Positions 1 to 10,427 of a stretch of DNA of 64,000 nt are shown here, piece by piece. The stretch comes from Smithella sp. (GTDB lineage Bacteria > Desulfobacterota > Syntrophia > Syntrophales > Smithellaceae), in the NCBI GenBank assembly GCA_052139735.1, contig JBKQWB010000061.1, positions 16,858 to 80,857 of the forward strand, read 5' to 3'. The position numbers and the translations under genes were made by a program. The notes beneath the pieces are model-generated. The model saw only the letters and a list, made by a program, of their open reading frames with translations. It ran no database searches and was not told the origin of the DNA. Positions within the stretch are counted from its first letter, which is position 1. Every line of letters starts with the position of its first letter.

Positions 1-299
1 ATGAAGGAGTTTTTGTTGATTTCTTCGGCCGACTTGCTTGCACCGGGGTAGGGCTTGCGGTTATGGCCATGCGCTCCGGCTCACCCGTGGTCCCAGTTTT
101 TATGGCCAGACAGAAATCGGGTAAATACAAACTTATTATTAAACCTTTCATTGAGGCTGTTTGTACGGACGATTATGAGGCTGACTTACAGGTAAATACT
201 CAGCGTTTTACAAAAATTATAGAAGACATTGTTCGCGAATATCCGGAGCAGTGGTTGTGGTTCCACCAGCGCTGGAAAACGAAAAAATATCAAAAATAG
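1..299 (+). CDS. Lipid A lauroyl/lysophospholipid acyltransferase (LpxL/HtrB family), C-terminal part, 5'-truncated by the window edge
   Basis: Frame open from position 3 (EGVFVDFFGRLAC...); C-terminal motif PEQWLWFHQRWK typical of the family. Confidence 0.85.
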   Translation, partial: EGVFVDFFGRLACTGVGLAVMAMRSGSPVVPVFMARQKSGKYKLIIKPFIEAVCTDDYEADLQVNTQRFTKIIEDIVREYPEQWLWFHQRWKTKKYQK

Positions 300-365
300 A
301 AAAGCTAAACAATTTCTTTATATTTAAAAAATAAATACCATCGTTCGTTTTTTTAGCGATGGCTT

Positions 366-1421
366 TTATTCTGCCAGGGCTTTTATTCCTTTGTATTGAT
401 TAAGATCAGTATAGAGCTCGCTTGTATAAGGATTGCGCTTTGTTTGGGCAATTTTGTAAATCATATAGCCGAATACGGCAATATTCGAAAGCAATGCCAG
501 CAAACTTACAATAAACAATGCCGTGGTATCGGGTGTCGCGGACAAAACCGGATACAAGCCTTCTTTTGTCAATGAAATCCCTTTTGCCGCCGCTGCAATT
601 TCAGCGCTGGCCACAGATTGTACTGCAAAAGTACCCTTGTCGATAAATGCGGGGAACGTTTGAGCGAACATACACCACAGAGAAAGAGTCTGGGCACGAT
701 GTTGCAGCCATGCGCCCTTACCGACTGTAAATGCACAAAGGGTTGGAGCGAGCAACAATGCAAAGCCGGCGTACCATGAGTGGCCCGGGATGCAGTTGTA
801 TGTGTAGGCGAAGTTCCAAAGATCATAAGCAATAATCCAGAACCAGAGCATATCCGGCCACAACATATCCATGCTCTTGTCTGAGTTTGTCTTTTTACGT
901 ACACAGATTCCGAACCAGCCGGTGATTGTGATGATGTTGAGGATTCCGGCAATGCCGTTCATGTAGTTCCATGAACCGCCAATGTAGTATTCAATCTGAT
1001 TGTGCAAGAACTCAATTGTGGGAACGGTATAATTCATGCCTACTTGAAAGTCCCGCGTAACAGCTTCCAGAATGTTGATCGCCAGAATCAGCGGCGGAAA
1101 GCATAGAGCCCATTTCTTATCGCTCAATTTCCAAACTTTCCCGCCTTTACCTGTGCCGCGAACGTGTCTGATGCACCAGAACCCGATACATCCGGCTGTT
1201 GATGAATAAACCTTTGCCAGATGGAACCAGTCCATATAGGCTGTATCACGCAATGTTGTAAGCCACAAAATTGTAAGGACGATCGGCAGCACAACAAACA
1301 TGGCAAAACCTGCCCATTTAAATCTATGGCCCACCTCATTGGAAACAAACAAGGCGATGAATGCCGCAATCCATACAAGCCACACCAGAATTGAACTAAC
1401 ATCTGTATTGAAAGTAAACAT
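366..1421 (-). CDS. Multi-pass membrane protein, DUF5692-like
   Basis: 351 aa with many TM segments; motifs WFHLAKVYS, FPPLILAINILEAV, WIIAYDLWNFAYTYNC, GAWLQHRAQTL recalled from the DUF5692 family. Confidence 0.7.
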   Translation of the reverse strand: MFTFNTDVSSILVWLVWIAAFIALFVSNEVGHRFKWAGFAMFVVLPIVLTILWLTTLRDTAYMDWFHLAKVYSSTAGCIGFWCIRHVRGTGKGGKVWKLSDKKWALCFPPLILAINILEAVTRDFQVGMNYTVPTIEFLHNQIEYYIGGSWNYMNGIAGILNIITITGWFGICVRKKTNSDKSMDMLWPDMLWFWIIAYDLWNFAYTYNCIPGHSWYAGFALLLAPTLCAFTVGKGAWLQHRAQTLSLWCMFAQTFPAFIDKGTFAVQSVASAEIAAAAKGISLTKEGLYPVLSATPDTTALFIVSLLALLSNIAVFGYMIYKIAQTKRNPYTSELYTDLNQYKGIKALAE

Positions 1422-1813
1422 ATCATTATCTCCTGCCGATATTAAATTGTGTAATGTTTAAAAATTTTTATAAGGAAGAAATATCTTATCCGCTTGCTTG
1501 ATGTACATATTATAAGCGCATAAAGCTAAAACTCAAGAAAATATTAGAAATAAAATGTTTTCGACGTTATGTGCCACTTCTATTGAAGCTCTGATAAAAG
1601 GCGGATCAAAACCACAGAATAATACCGCTCCTTTCCTTTAGGTGAGATGACAATGTGCCAGCTAATCCTATCAGCACTGACGTAATGACAGGCTCCATAA
1701 ATATCTCTTTTAAAAGATAAAATTATTTATATGGATCAGCGCTAATTTTATAAACCACTCCAAAATAGTGGTCTAAAAGCCAACATGCTGTTAATGTTTT
1801 GCAAAAAGAGTTT

Positions 1814-2245
1814 CTAAAAATCGTACAACTTCGATCCCGGAATAACTATAAAAGAATTTTTTAAAAGCACTTCAATTGCTTTTTCCGGGTTATCGAAGCG
1901 GAAGATGATGACGGCATTCTGGCCGCTTTTTTCTACAAAGGCGTAAAGATATTCCACGTTGATGCCTTCTTTGGACACAACTTCCATAATACTGTGCAGT
2001 CCGCCCGGTTTGTCGGGAACTTCCACGGCAACAACAGGGGTTTTGCTTACACGAAAGCCGTTGTCCTTGAGCACTTTGTTTGCTTTTTCGACATCATTGA
2101 CAATCAAACGCAAAATACCAAAATCGACCGTTTCAGCCAGCGAGAGAGTCCGAATATTGATGTTGTTCTCCTTCATGACTCGCGTCGCATGCTCGAGCGA
2201 GCCGGGTTTGTTTTCTAAAAAAACAGATATTTGTTCTACTTTCAT
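1814..2245 (-). CDS. Tandem ACT-domain protein
   Basis: QISVFLENKPG ... VEVPDKPGGL, two ACT repeats; usual partner of phenylacetate-CoA ligase genes. Confidence 0.9.
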   Translation of the reverse strand: MKVEQISVFLENKPGSLEHATRVMKENNINIRTLSLAETVDFGILRLIVNDVEKANKVLKDNGFRVSKTPVVAVEVPDKPGGLHSIMEVVSKEGINVEYLYAFVEKSGQNAVIIFRFDNPEKAIEVLLKNSFIVIPGSKLYDF

Positions 2246-2266
2246 TGTAACCCCCTTATGTATTTA

Positions 2267-3565
2267 TCAATAGCGGCGTTTATCAATAATTTTTGTTCCT
2301 GCTTTTTGTAGAGTATTGGGTTCGACAAGCTTTACGCGCGCGGAGACACCCAAATAATCCTTCATGTCCTTGATAATCCTTTTTTCAATTTTCTGCAGTT
2401 CTTTGACGCTGCCGGAATCGCTGAATATATTATCGCTGACTTCTACTTGTAAATCCAGCGAGTCTAGCGCGCCCACTTTATCAATGATGATTTGATAATT
2501 GGGTTTCAATCCTTCGATACCAACTAAAATAGCTTCTATTTGTGAGGGGAAAATATTGATGCCTCGTATAATCAGCATGTCGTCGCTTCTTTTCAAAACC
2601 CTTTCCATCTTGACGTGACTGCGGCCGCAACGGCACGGTTCGGTAATCAGACGCGATATGTCGCCTGTACGGTAACGGATGAGCGGACCCGCTTCTTTGG
2701 TGAGAGTTGTAAAAACCAGTTCGCCCTCTTCTCCCTCGGGGAGAACGTCGCCTGTTTTGGGATTGATTGTTTCAACGATAAAATGGTCTTCATAAACATG
2801 CATTCCATTGCGACCTTCCATACATTCCATAGCCATGCCCGGGCCGATAACTTCCGATAAACCATACAGATCCAGCGCAGTTATACCAAAAGCTTTTTCA
2901 ATTTCATCGCACGTCGCCTTATTCCATGGTTCTGCTCCGAAAATGCCGACTCGCAGTTTTAAAGATTGCATGTCCACGCCAAGAGCCTTTCCTTCTTCAA
3001 CGAGGTGCAAAGCGTATGACGGAGTGGAGCAAATTACGGTCGGACCGAAATCCTGCAAAATCATAATCTGTCTTTTGGTGTTTTCGCCGGACATGGGAAT
3101 AACACTGGCGCCTATTTTTTCCGCGCCGTAATGCAGCCCCAAACCACCGGTGAACAATCCGTAACCAAAGGCGTTATGAATAATATCGTTTTTTGTTATA
3201 CCAGCGGCGACGAGCGAGCGAGCGATAAGATCCGACCATGTTTCAATATCGCGTTTGGTATAACCGAAAACAGCTGCCCTTCCGCTGGTTCCTGAAGAAG
3301 TGTGCAAACGGACGATATTGCTCATAGGTACGGAAAATAAGCCGAAAGGGTAATTATCGCGTAAATCCTTTCTGGTGATAAAGGGAAGTTTTTTCATGTC
3401 GGCAATGGATTTTATAGCGTCAGGCTTGATTCCAGCGGCATCAAAAGATTTTTTATAAAATCCCACCGTATGGTAGACCCGTTCGAGAACCTGCTGTAAT
3501 CTTTTGACTTGCAGGGCTTTTATAACTTCACGGGGCATGGTTTCAAATTCTTCATTGTAGATCAT
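2267..3565 (-). CDS. paaK: Phenylacetate-CoA ligase family protein
   Basis: [13 protein letters not shown] and YRTGD adenylation motifs, [11 protein letters not shown]; likely ATG at 3565 behind GGGAGA. Confidence 0.9.
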   Translation of the reverse strand: MIYNEEFETMPREVIKALQVKRLQQVLERVYHTVGFYKKSFDAAGIKPDAIKSIADMKKLPFITRKDLRDNYPFGLFSVPMSNIVRLHTSSGTSGRAAVFGYTKRDIETWSDLIARSLVAAGITKNDIIHNAFGYGLFTGGLGLHYGAEKIGASVIPMSGENTKRQIMILQDFGPTVICSTPSYALHLVEEGKALGVDMQSLKLRVGIFGAEPWNKATCDEIEKAFGITALDLYGLSEVIGPGMAMECMEGRNGMHVYEDHFIVETINPKTGDVLPEGEEGELVFTTLTKEAGPLIRYRTGDISRLITEPCRCGRSHVKMERVLKRSDDMLIIRGINIFPSQIEAILVGIEGLKPNYQIIIDKVGALDSLDLQVEVSDNIFSDSGSVKELQKIEKRIIKDMKDYLGVSARVKLVEPNTLQKAGTKIIDKRRY

Positions 3566-3758
3566 TGGTTTGTGTCTCCCTTTTAATATAACGGATGCCT
3601 GACTTGGCAAGAAGTCTAACAAAACTTTTTACCTCTGGCAAGAAACTTTCCGGGAGAAAAAGTTATTTAGAACAAAAAGGAGTGGGATCGGAAAGTCATT
3701 TTCATAAATTTATCCCGGCAGTTTATTTTTTAAATGAATTTTTTTGCTTGGAGGTTTT

Positions 3759-4292
3759 TCAAAAGCCGCTTTTTAGATAGTTTTCTGCCAGCATAATTCC
3801 TAAAACGGTTTTAGCGTCAATTATTTCGCCATTTTTAATTAATTCTTGAGCATGTGCAAAGCTGACAGGTATGGTTTCAATGAATTCATCGTCGTCGGGA
3901 GTCAGCGGCGCATGGATCAAATCATTGGCTAGAAAAAAATACATGTATTCGTTGCAGTATCCCGGCAGCAGGTAGCCTTCAAAGAGTTTAATAAAAGCTC
4001 CGGCTTTAAACCCGGTTTCTTCGGCCAGTTCCCTTTGGGCACAGACAACAGCAGGTTCTTCAGAGGAATCCATTGAGCCGGCGGGGATTTCCAGCAGATT
4101 CTTTTTAACAGCGTTGCGATATTGTTTTATTAAAAGCAATTCGTTTTTGCCGTTTATGGCGACAATGGCAACGGTGGGATTATGGTTAATCCAGCTTTGC
4201 CTGGTTGATCTACCGTTTGGCAAATCATATTCTTCTTCCCAAACATCAAAAATTTTACATTGGTATTTTAAAGAAGTTTTATTATTTTTCAT
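3759..4292 (-). CDS. NUDIX hydrolase (ADP-ribose pyrophosphatase-like)
   Basis: Nudix box EIPAG...AQRELAEETG; C-terminal IIDAKT. Confidence 0.9.
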   Translation of the reverse strand: MKNNKTSLKYQCKIFDVWEEEYDLPNGRSTRQSWINHNPTVAIVAINGKNELLLIKQYRNAVKKNLLEIPAGSMDSSEEPAVVCAQRELAEETGFKAGAFIKLFEGYLLPGYCNEYMYFFLANDLIHAPLTPDDDEFIETIPVSFAHAQELIKNGEIIDAKTVLGIMLAENYLKSGF

Positions 4293-4308
4293 CAGCGAAT
4301 TGCTTAAT

Positions 4309-4866
4309 TTAGTTTGTTTTGATTATGGATAACAGATGTCTTTCGATTTCTTCTTTCGGCAGTGCCCCGGTTACTCGATCTACTATCTTACCTTCCTTAA
4401 AGAAAAGCATGGTTGGAATGCTGCGAATTCCATATTGAGAAGCGGTGATCTGATTTTCATCAACATTAAGCTTAACTACTTTTACTCCATTGGCATAATC
4501 AGAGGCGAGCTCATCAATAATAGGGGATAATGTCCGGCAGGGAGCGCACCATGGCGCCCAGCAATCAACAAGCACGGACGTATCGGAAGTCAGCACTTCA
4601 CGGGCAAATGTTTGATCCGTTACATCGAAAGGCATGATTTTTTGTTGAGGCATGATCAATGGTTCATGACATTTGCCGCATAAAGGTTTTTGATTTAAGC
4701 GATCTTCAGACATTCTGTTTTTTGTGCCGCATTTAAGGCAACGAATAATTAATTCATCCAGCGACGCGCCGCACTTGCCACAGGTAGACCTGCCCTGTAG
4801 TTTTTTATGCGGTATTCTGTTTTTTGTCCCGCAATTAAGACAGCGGATTATTACATTATCAGGCAT
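4309..4866 (-). CDS. trxC: Thioredoxin 2-like protein with two tandem N-terminal zinc ribbons
   Basis: Two CxxCGTKNR...CGKC modules, then a thioredoxin fold with WAPWCAPC and SIPT. Confidence 0.85.
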   Translation of the reverse strand: MPDNVIIRCLNCGTKNRIPHKKLQGRSTCGKCGASLDELIIRCLKCGTKNRMSEDRLNQKPLCGKCHEPLIMPQQKIMPFDVTDQTFAREVLTSDTSVLVDCWAPWCAPCRTLSPIIDELASDYANGVKVVKLNVDENQITASQYGIRSIPTMLFFKEGKIVDRVTGALPKEEIERHLLSIIKTN

Positions 4867-4915
4867 ATTAATTAACCTTTGTTATATTATCTCTTTTTTG
4901 CCGGAAAAAGGCAAA

Positions 4916-5401
4916 TTATATAGCAACGTTCACCTCAACCGGTTTAAGTATTTTCACAATTTCAGCAACAGGTATCCGAGCCAGTAAACCGCGGCTACCC
5001 GCATTGATAAATATTTCCGGCAAATCATTTATGGTTTTTTCCATGTAAACAGGCATTGCTTTTTTTGTGCCGAAAGGTGAAGTACCGCCGACTCTATAGC
5101 CCGTGTACTTTTCCGCCACTGCCGGATTACATGGATAAACCGATTTTACGCCGATGGTCCTTGCCAGCGATTTTGTGGAAACTTCCTTATCGCCGTGCAT
5201 TAAAATAACGAACGGTTTACTGGTTTCATCCTCCATTATCAGTGTTTTGATAATGCGGTGTTCATCAACCATCAATTTGCCCGCCGCCGTTTTTGTTCCG
5301 CCTTTTTCCTCGTAGGGGTAAGTATGCAGAGTAAAATCAGCCCTTTGCGCTTTTAAGGCTAAAATAGCGGGAGTTGTCGGAATCTTCTCTTTAGTCATCA
5401 T
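4916..5401 (-). CDS. ybaK: Cys-tRNA(Pro) deacylase YbaK/EbsC
   Basis: TPAI start, IIKTL, TGYRVGGTSPFG, INAGSRG; real start probably 5398 or 5401. Confidence 0.9.
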   Translation of the reverse strand: MMTKEKIPTTPAILALKAQRADFTLHTYPYEEKGGTKTAAGKLMVDEHRIIKTLIMEDETSKPFVILMHGDKEVSTKSLARTIGVKSVYPCNPAVAEKYTGYRVGGTSPFGTKKAMPVYMEKTINDLPEIFINAGSRGLLARIPVAEIVKILKPVEVNVAI

Positions 5402-5688
5402 TGATATAATAACAACTAAAAATAAAAAAGCAATGTACACTGATTTTGACTTAAAAAATTTTAACGGTAAGGATTGTTTTTGATCATGTTCCGCGGGTGG
5501 AAAAAGAAAATTAAATACTATAAAAACAAACAAATACGCATATATACAATATTATCCTTTTAAAAGGGGTGAGTTTTTAAACGTGTTTTAATGGCATTTT
5601 GTTTGTTTATGCGGAGAAAATCTTATAGCTTGTTTCATTTTCTTGATTTTACTTTTATTTTAAGTTATTTGTGCCAAACATATTTTAG

Positions 5689-6855
5689 ATGGGGAAAATG
5701 ACATTGCAAATAAATCCAAGCACTAAACATAAGCTGATCCGTGATTCCGTGCGGCATTTTGCAGAAACGGAACTTGCGCCTATTGCTGCCGAAATAGACC
5801 GTAAAGCCACTTTTCCCTTTGCCGTCATTGAGAAAATGAAGGCGCTTAATTATTTCGGCCTGCAGGTGCCCAGAGAATTCGGCGGTGCGGCCATGGATTC
5901 TGTCAGTTCTGCAATCGTTGTGGAAGAATTATCACGTATTTGCGCCGCGGTAGGCTTATGTGTTACCGTGCACAATGGAGTCGCGGTCTATCCATTTCTA
6001 TGCTTTGCCACGCCGGAGCAAAAAAAAAATTACCTGCCTAAATTAGCCAGCGGTGAAATTATCGGCGCTTTCAGTCTGACCGAAGCCAATGCGGGTTCTG
6101 ATTCCGCCAGCGTGGAAACAACAGCGGTCAAAAAAAATAAGGAATACATATTAAACGGCACAAAAATATTTGTCACCAACGGTGGAATTTGTGATTTGGC
6201 CTTAATTTTCGCACTTACCGGTTTTGATCCAACACGTCCGCAGAGCAGTGTTTTTATTGTTGAGAGCAAGTATGCCGGATTTTTGCGCGGTGAGTTGGAA
6301 GATCTTTGCGGAATGCGCGCTAACCCGGTTTCTTCATTATTTTTGGAAGATTGCTGCGTACCGGAAAAAAATCTGCTGGGAAGAATTGGCGATGGAATGA
6401 AAATAGGCATGACCACGCTGGATAATGGCAGGATCGGGGTCGCCGCGCAAGCTTTGGGTATTGCCCAGGGAGCATTGGAAGCGGCGGTTAAATACGCCAA
6501 AGAGAGGCAGCAATTTAAAAAACCCATTGCGTCGTTGCAAACAATTCAAAATTACATCGCCGATATGGCCACCCAACAAACCGCGGCGCGTTTACTTTTG
6601 TACCACGCATGCTCATTGAAGGATAAAGGAGTTCCCTTTGGCTGTGAGGCGGCGATGGCGAAACTTTATTGCAGTCAGGTTGCTACAAAGACTACCTCCC
6701 TGGCCGTCCAAATTCACGGCGGCTATGGATACAGCAAGGAATATGATGTGGAAAGATACTTCCGTGACGCTAAAGTTACGGAAATTTATGAAGGCACAAG
6801 TGAAATTCAGCGCATGGTTATTGCGCGCTCGATATTGTCTCAATTGATATTATAG
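5689..6855 (+). CDS. Acyl-CoA dehydrogenase (short-chain/Bcd-like)
   Basis: FSLTEANAGSD, NGTKIFVTN, QIHGGYGY, IYEGTSEIQR. Confidence 0.95.
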   Translation: MGKMTLQINPSTKHKLIRDSVRHFAETELAPIAAEIDRKATFPFAVIEKMKALNYFGLQVPREFGGAAMDSVSSAIVVEELSRICAAVGLCVTVHNGVAVYPFLCFATPEQKKNYLPKLASGEIIGAFSLTEANAGSDSASVETTAVKKNKEYILNGTKIFVTNGGICDLALIFALTGFDPTRPQSSVFIVESKYAGFLRGELEDLCGMRANPVSSLFLEDCCVPEKNLLGRIGDGMKIGMTTLDNGRIGVAAQALGIAQGALEAAVKYAKERQQFKKPIASLQTIQNYIADMATQQTAARLLLYHACSLKDKGVPFGCEAAMAKLYCSQVATKTTSLAVQIHGGYGYSKEYDVERYFRDAKVTEIYEGTSEIQRMVIARSILSQLIL

Positions 6856-6905
6856 ATTCCCAAATGTTCCCGTACGAGGTCATAAGCCGGCTGTTTCGCG
6901 ACATT

Positions 6906-7295
6906 GAAGGAATCTGTTATGCAGCTCGCAAGGCGAGCGAGAGGGGGAGGCTCGCAAGGCCCCTGCCTTGTGAGAGGGCGACGTGAGCCCCTATAATAGA
7001 CATTATGTTGAATCTCGTAGTATGTTTAAAACAAGTTCCTATGAAGGAATCTGTTATACAGCTCGCAAGGCCCCTGCCTTGTGAGGGGTCGACGTGAGCC
7101 CCTATGCCCTATGATAGACATTATGTTGAATCTCGTAATATGTTTAAAACAGTTCCTATGGAGGAATCTGTTATGCAGCTCGCAAGGCGAGCGAGAGGGG
7201 GAGGCTCGCAAGGATTTGCCGTGTGAGGGGGCGACGTGAGCCCCTATAATAGACATTATGTTGAATCTGGTAGTATGTTTAAAACAAGTTCCTAT
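6906..7295 (+). repeat. Three diverged tandem units (137, 117, 136 bp), each a GC-rich hairpin element plus the first 13 codons of etfB
   Basis: Units 6906-7042, 7043-7159, 7160-7295 share gaatctgttat..gctcgcaagg..gacgtgagcccctat..gacattATGTTGAATCT.GTA.TATGTTTAAAAC. Confidence 0.95.
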
Positions 7296-8094
7296 GGTTA
7301 CAGAACTGCCGTGGGATGAGAAAACCGGCACACTTAGACGTGACCTCGCCTCCGGTATGATGAATCCGGCCTGCAAGCATGCTCTGGAGGCCGCACTGCA
7401 AATAAAAGAAAAAATTTCCGCGCATATTACTGCCATAACCATGGGTCCGCAGGCTGCCGAGGAAGTGCTGTTCGAAGCAATGGCTTTGGGTGCCGACCGG
7501 GGAATCCTTATTTGCGATAAGCTCCTGGCCGGGTCGGATACCTACGCCACGTCGTTGGTTTTAACAGCGGCAATTAAAAAGAAATGTCCTAAATTTGATC
7601 TTATCCTTTGTGGTTCCTACACTGCGGATAGTGAAACCGCGCAGGTTGGACCGCAATTAGCTGAAGAATTGGATTTACCCGCGGCGGCGTATATTGAAAA
7701 GCTGGAAATTTACGGCCGGACGTTGCTTGTTCGCCGGCTTGTGGATAATTTTCGTGAAACTCTCGAAATGGAATTCCCGGCTCTGGTGACTGTTTCCATG
7801 GAAAATTACAAACCGCGCTACACAAAGCTTGTTGGCCTGGAAAATGTTTTTTGCGGAAAAGAAATGATTGTTCTTGATGCGGCGTCTCTTGGCATAAACG
7901 CTTTATCATCTGAAAGTAAAGGCTCACGCACCAAAGTGCGCAGAGTCTTTTTGAGAAAAGCACAGAAAGAAAATGTGCTCATACATGGAACAGCTTCCGC
8001 GGTTGTTACTGAATTCTTAGATAGGTATCAAAGAAAAATCGGCACGGCAATAGGCAAATCTATTGAAGGAAACAAACTTGATGATGAAGAGTAA
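7258..8094 (+). CDS. etfB: Electron transfer flavoprotein beta subunit
   Basis: VVCLKQVP, ALEAAL, LAGSDTYATS, DSETAQVGP. Confidence 0.95.
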   Translation: MLNLVVCLKQVPMVTELPWDEKTGTLRRDLASGMMNPACKHALEAALQIKEKISAHITAITMGPQAAEEVLFEAMALGADRGILICDKLLAGSDTYATSLVLTAAIKKKCPKFDLILCGSYTADSETAQVGPQLAEELDLPAAAYIEKLEIYGRTLLVRRLVDNFRETLEMEFPALVTVSMENYKPRYTKLVGLENVFCGKEMIVLDAASLGINALSSESKGSRTKVRRVFLRKAQKENVLIHGTASAVVTEFLDRYQRKIGTAIGKSIEGNKLDDEE

Positions 8095-9085
8095 GCAAAA
8101 AAGTATCTGGGTATTTGGCGATTACCGCAATTATTATCAAAACCGTGTAACCCTTCAGTTGATTTCCAAAGCTATGGATCTTGCTAAAACTATCAATGCG
8201 GAGGTTTGCGCGTTGATTTTCGGTCATGAAATTGACGAATGGATTATGGAATATACTGCTCACGGAGCGGATAGAATTCTGGCAATTGATGATCCTGCTT
8301 TAAAGAGTTACAGCACGGAAAGATATCTGGCTATCATCGAAATTCTGGCCAAACAAAGAGATCCGGAAATTATCCTGATTGGCGCTACAGACTTTGGCCG
8401 TGAATTCGCGCCGCGGCTGGCCAAGCGTTTAAAGACAGGTTTATCCGCTGATTGTGTGGGGCTCGATATTGCACAAGACGGACTATTGTTGCAGATAGCC
8501 CCCTCGTTTGGCGGCAATATGCTGGCGGAAATCGTTACGGAACATCATAGTCCCCAGATGGCTACGATACGGCCGGGAACATTTAAGGAAATACCGCATG
8601 ATTATCAAAGAAAAGCTTTGGTTGAACGCCTGCCCTTAATGCAAAACCTGCCGAAATCCCGTGTTCGCCTTGTGGAGTATGAACGTTCTGTTGAAAAAGA
8701 ACATACTATTGAGAATGCTTCGGTTATCGTTTGCGGTGGCCGTGGTATGCGCAATCGGGAAAAATTCAAAAAACTGCAGGAGTTGGCCAAGCTTTTAGGT
8801 GGTGATGTCGGCGCCACCAGACCGGTAGTTTACGCCGGATGGGCTGACCATGGCGCGCTGGTGGGACAGGCGGGCAAGCACATAAAACCGAAAATCCTTT
8901 TTTCTTTTGGCATCAGCGGCGCTATTCAACATACAGCAGGATTGGGCGAAGCAAATTTTATTGTCGCGATTAATAAAAATCCGCAGGCAACGATGATGAA
9001 AATGTCCGATGTGGCAATAGTTGGCGATGCCGGTGACATCCTGAATAATTTAATTAAAGAACTGAAAAAGAGAATCAGAGAATAA
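8081..9085 (+). CDS. etfA: Electron transfer flavoprotein alpha subunit
   Basis: GLSADC, VCGGRG, VGATRP, GISGAIQH, AINKNP; overlaps the etfB end. Confidence 0.95.
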   Translation: MMKSKQKSIWVFGDYRNYYQNRVTLQLISKAMDLAKTINAEVCALIFGHEIDEWIMEYTAHGADRILAIDDPALKSYSTERYLAIIEILAKQRDPEIILIGATDFGREFAPRLAKRLKTGLSADCVGLDIAQDGLLLQIAPSFGGNMLAEIVTEHHSPQMATIRPGTFKEIPHDYQRKALVERLPLMQNLPKSRVRLVEYERSVEKEHTIENASVIVCGGRGMRNREKFKKLQELAKLLGGDVGATRPVVYAGWADHGALVGQAGKHIKPKILFSFGISGAIQHTAGLGEANFIVAINKNPQATMMKMSDVAIVGDAGDILNNLIKELKKRIRE

Positions 9086-9093
9086 AGATTAAT

Positions 9094-9217
9094 AGTTGCT
9101 GATGAAAAACGCTCATCTTCTGTGTTGAGATGCAAACCGTAACACTCAACGTATTTCCATGTACGTCTCGCGGTTCGGTTTTTTTGGCGCAGCATCTGAA
9201 CGTTTTGTAAAGTTACC
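9094..9217 (+). mobile_element. ~125-bp MITE/REP-like hairpin element (same family as 32288-32413)
   Basis: Shares ctgtgttg..caacgta-N-tacgtctc..gcatctg..tttt architecture with the other copies; imperfect terminal inverted repeats. Confidence 0.7.
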
Positions 9218-9314
9218 GGTAAGGAATATGATAATTATTTTATTGCGCCTCCCTTACAGGGAAGCGCTCCCGGTGAACAGCACATTAGAGAAATTTAACT
9301 AAGGAGTTTATCGT

Positions 9315-10427
9315 ATGATTAAATCAAGGCTTTGCGATCTTGTTGGGATCAAATATCCTATCATTCAGGCAGGTATGGGACCATTCAGCAACAACAACCT
9401 TGGCGTAGCCGCTGCCAATGCCGGAGTGCTGGGCTTGTTCTCCACGAGCGGGCTGTACAATAAGGATTTTCTGCCATTTGTCTACAATGATTGGATTACG
9501 AGCGCCGATGCCAATCCGGAAGACGACATTACTGTTGCGATAGAGAAATTGCTGAAGAAAGCATATCGACTGACTAAAGACAAAAATGGAGTGTTTGGCA
9601 TCAATGTGATGGTGTCGGCTGAATTGCTTTTTCAGGCACAGATAATTATTGATACGGCAATTCGGGTGCGGGCTGCAAATCCTGGCATGGAAAAACACTT
9701 CAAAGTTATCTTCACCTCCGCAGGCGATCCGGTTTCCTGGCGCGAAAAGATCAAGGGGGCTGGTTTTACATGGATGCATGTAGTGCCATCTGTCAAGGGG
9801 GCACTGCGATGCAAAAAAGCAGGTGTCGATGTTATCGTGGCTTCCGGACACGAGGGCGGATTTCACACATCATGGGAACCGGTTCACTCGTTGATTCTGC
9901 TGCCCGCTGTTGTGGAAGCTGTTTCCGATGAAAAGACCCTGGTGTGCGGAGCCGGCGGCTTTTGCGACGGTAAAACACTGGCTGCGGCCCTGGTGATGGG
10001 CGCAGACGGCGTGCAGATGGGAACACGATTCCTCGCAACGCAGGAAAGTGATTTTCCGCAGATTTGGAAACAAGGTGTTGTTGATGCAGGCGACAGGGGA
10101 ACTCTTGTGGCGCGAGGCTTTGTTGGTCCGGCGCGCTGGATAAAAAATCCCCGCAGTGAAGAGCACGCCAAAAACACGCTGCAGAAATCACCCGGTTGTT
10201 TTCTGGGAGTGCCGGATGATATGGCGACGATCGATATATCGTTGATTATGTTTGAGCTCGACTCTATGAAGGCGGCCTATGATGGTGACAAGGATAAGGC
10301 GCTTCTGGCTGCCGGTGAAGCGGCGCAGCGTATCAATGACATGCCCAGGGTCAACGATCTGGTGCAAGCCATGATGGAGGAGACGGAGGATATACTTAAA
10401 AGCGTGCAAACAAAAATGCTTGCTTGA
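9315..10427 (+). CDS. Nitronate monooxygenase / FabK-like FMN oxidoreductase
   Basis: YPIIQAGMG, GHEGGFH, AGGFCDG, GADGVQMGTRF. Confidence 0.85.
   Translation: MIKSRLCDLVGIKYPIIQAGMGPFSNNNLGVAAANAGVLGLFSTSGLYNKDFLPFVYNDWITSADANPEDDITVAIEKLLKKAYRLTKDKNGVFGINVMVSAELLFQAQIIIDTAIRVRAANPGMEKHFKVIFTSAGDPVSWREKIKGAGFTWMHVVPSVKGALRCKKAGVDVIVASGHEGGFHTSWEPVHSLILLPAVVEAVSDEKTLVCGAGGFCDGKTLAAALVMGADGVQMGTRFLATQESDFPQIWKQGVVDAGDRGTLVARGFVGPARWIKNPRSEEHAKNTLQKSPGCFLGVPDDMATIDISLIMFELDSMKAAYDGDKDKALLAAGEAAQRINDMPRVNDLVQAMMEETEDILKSVQTKMLA

Noticed and set aside
6906-7295. CRISPR array
   Set aside because: Whole units repeat with no unique spacers, the repeat includes etfB coding sequence, and no cas genes are present
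7026-7442. 138-aa minus-strand ORF with internal repeats
   Set aside because: Antisense translation of the tandem repeat and the etfB start
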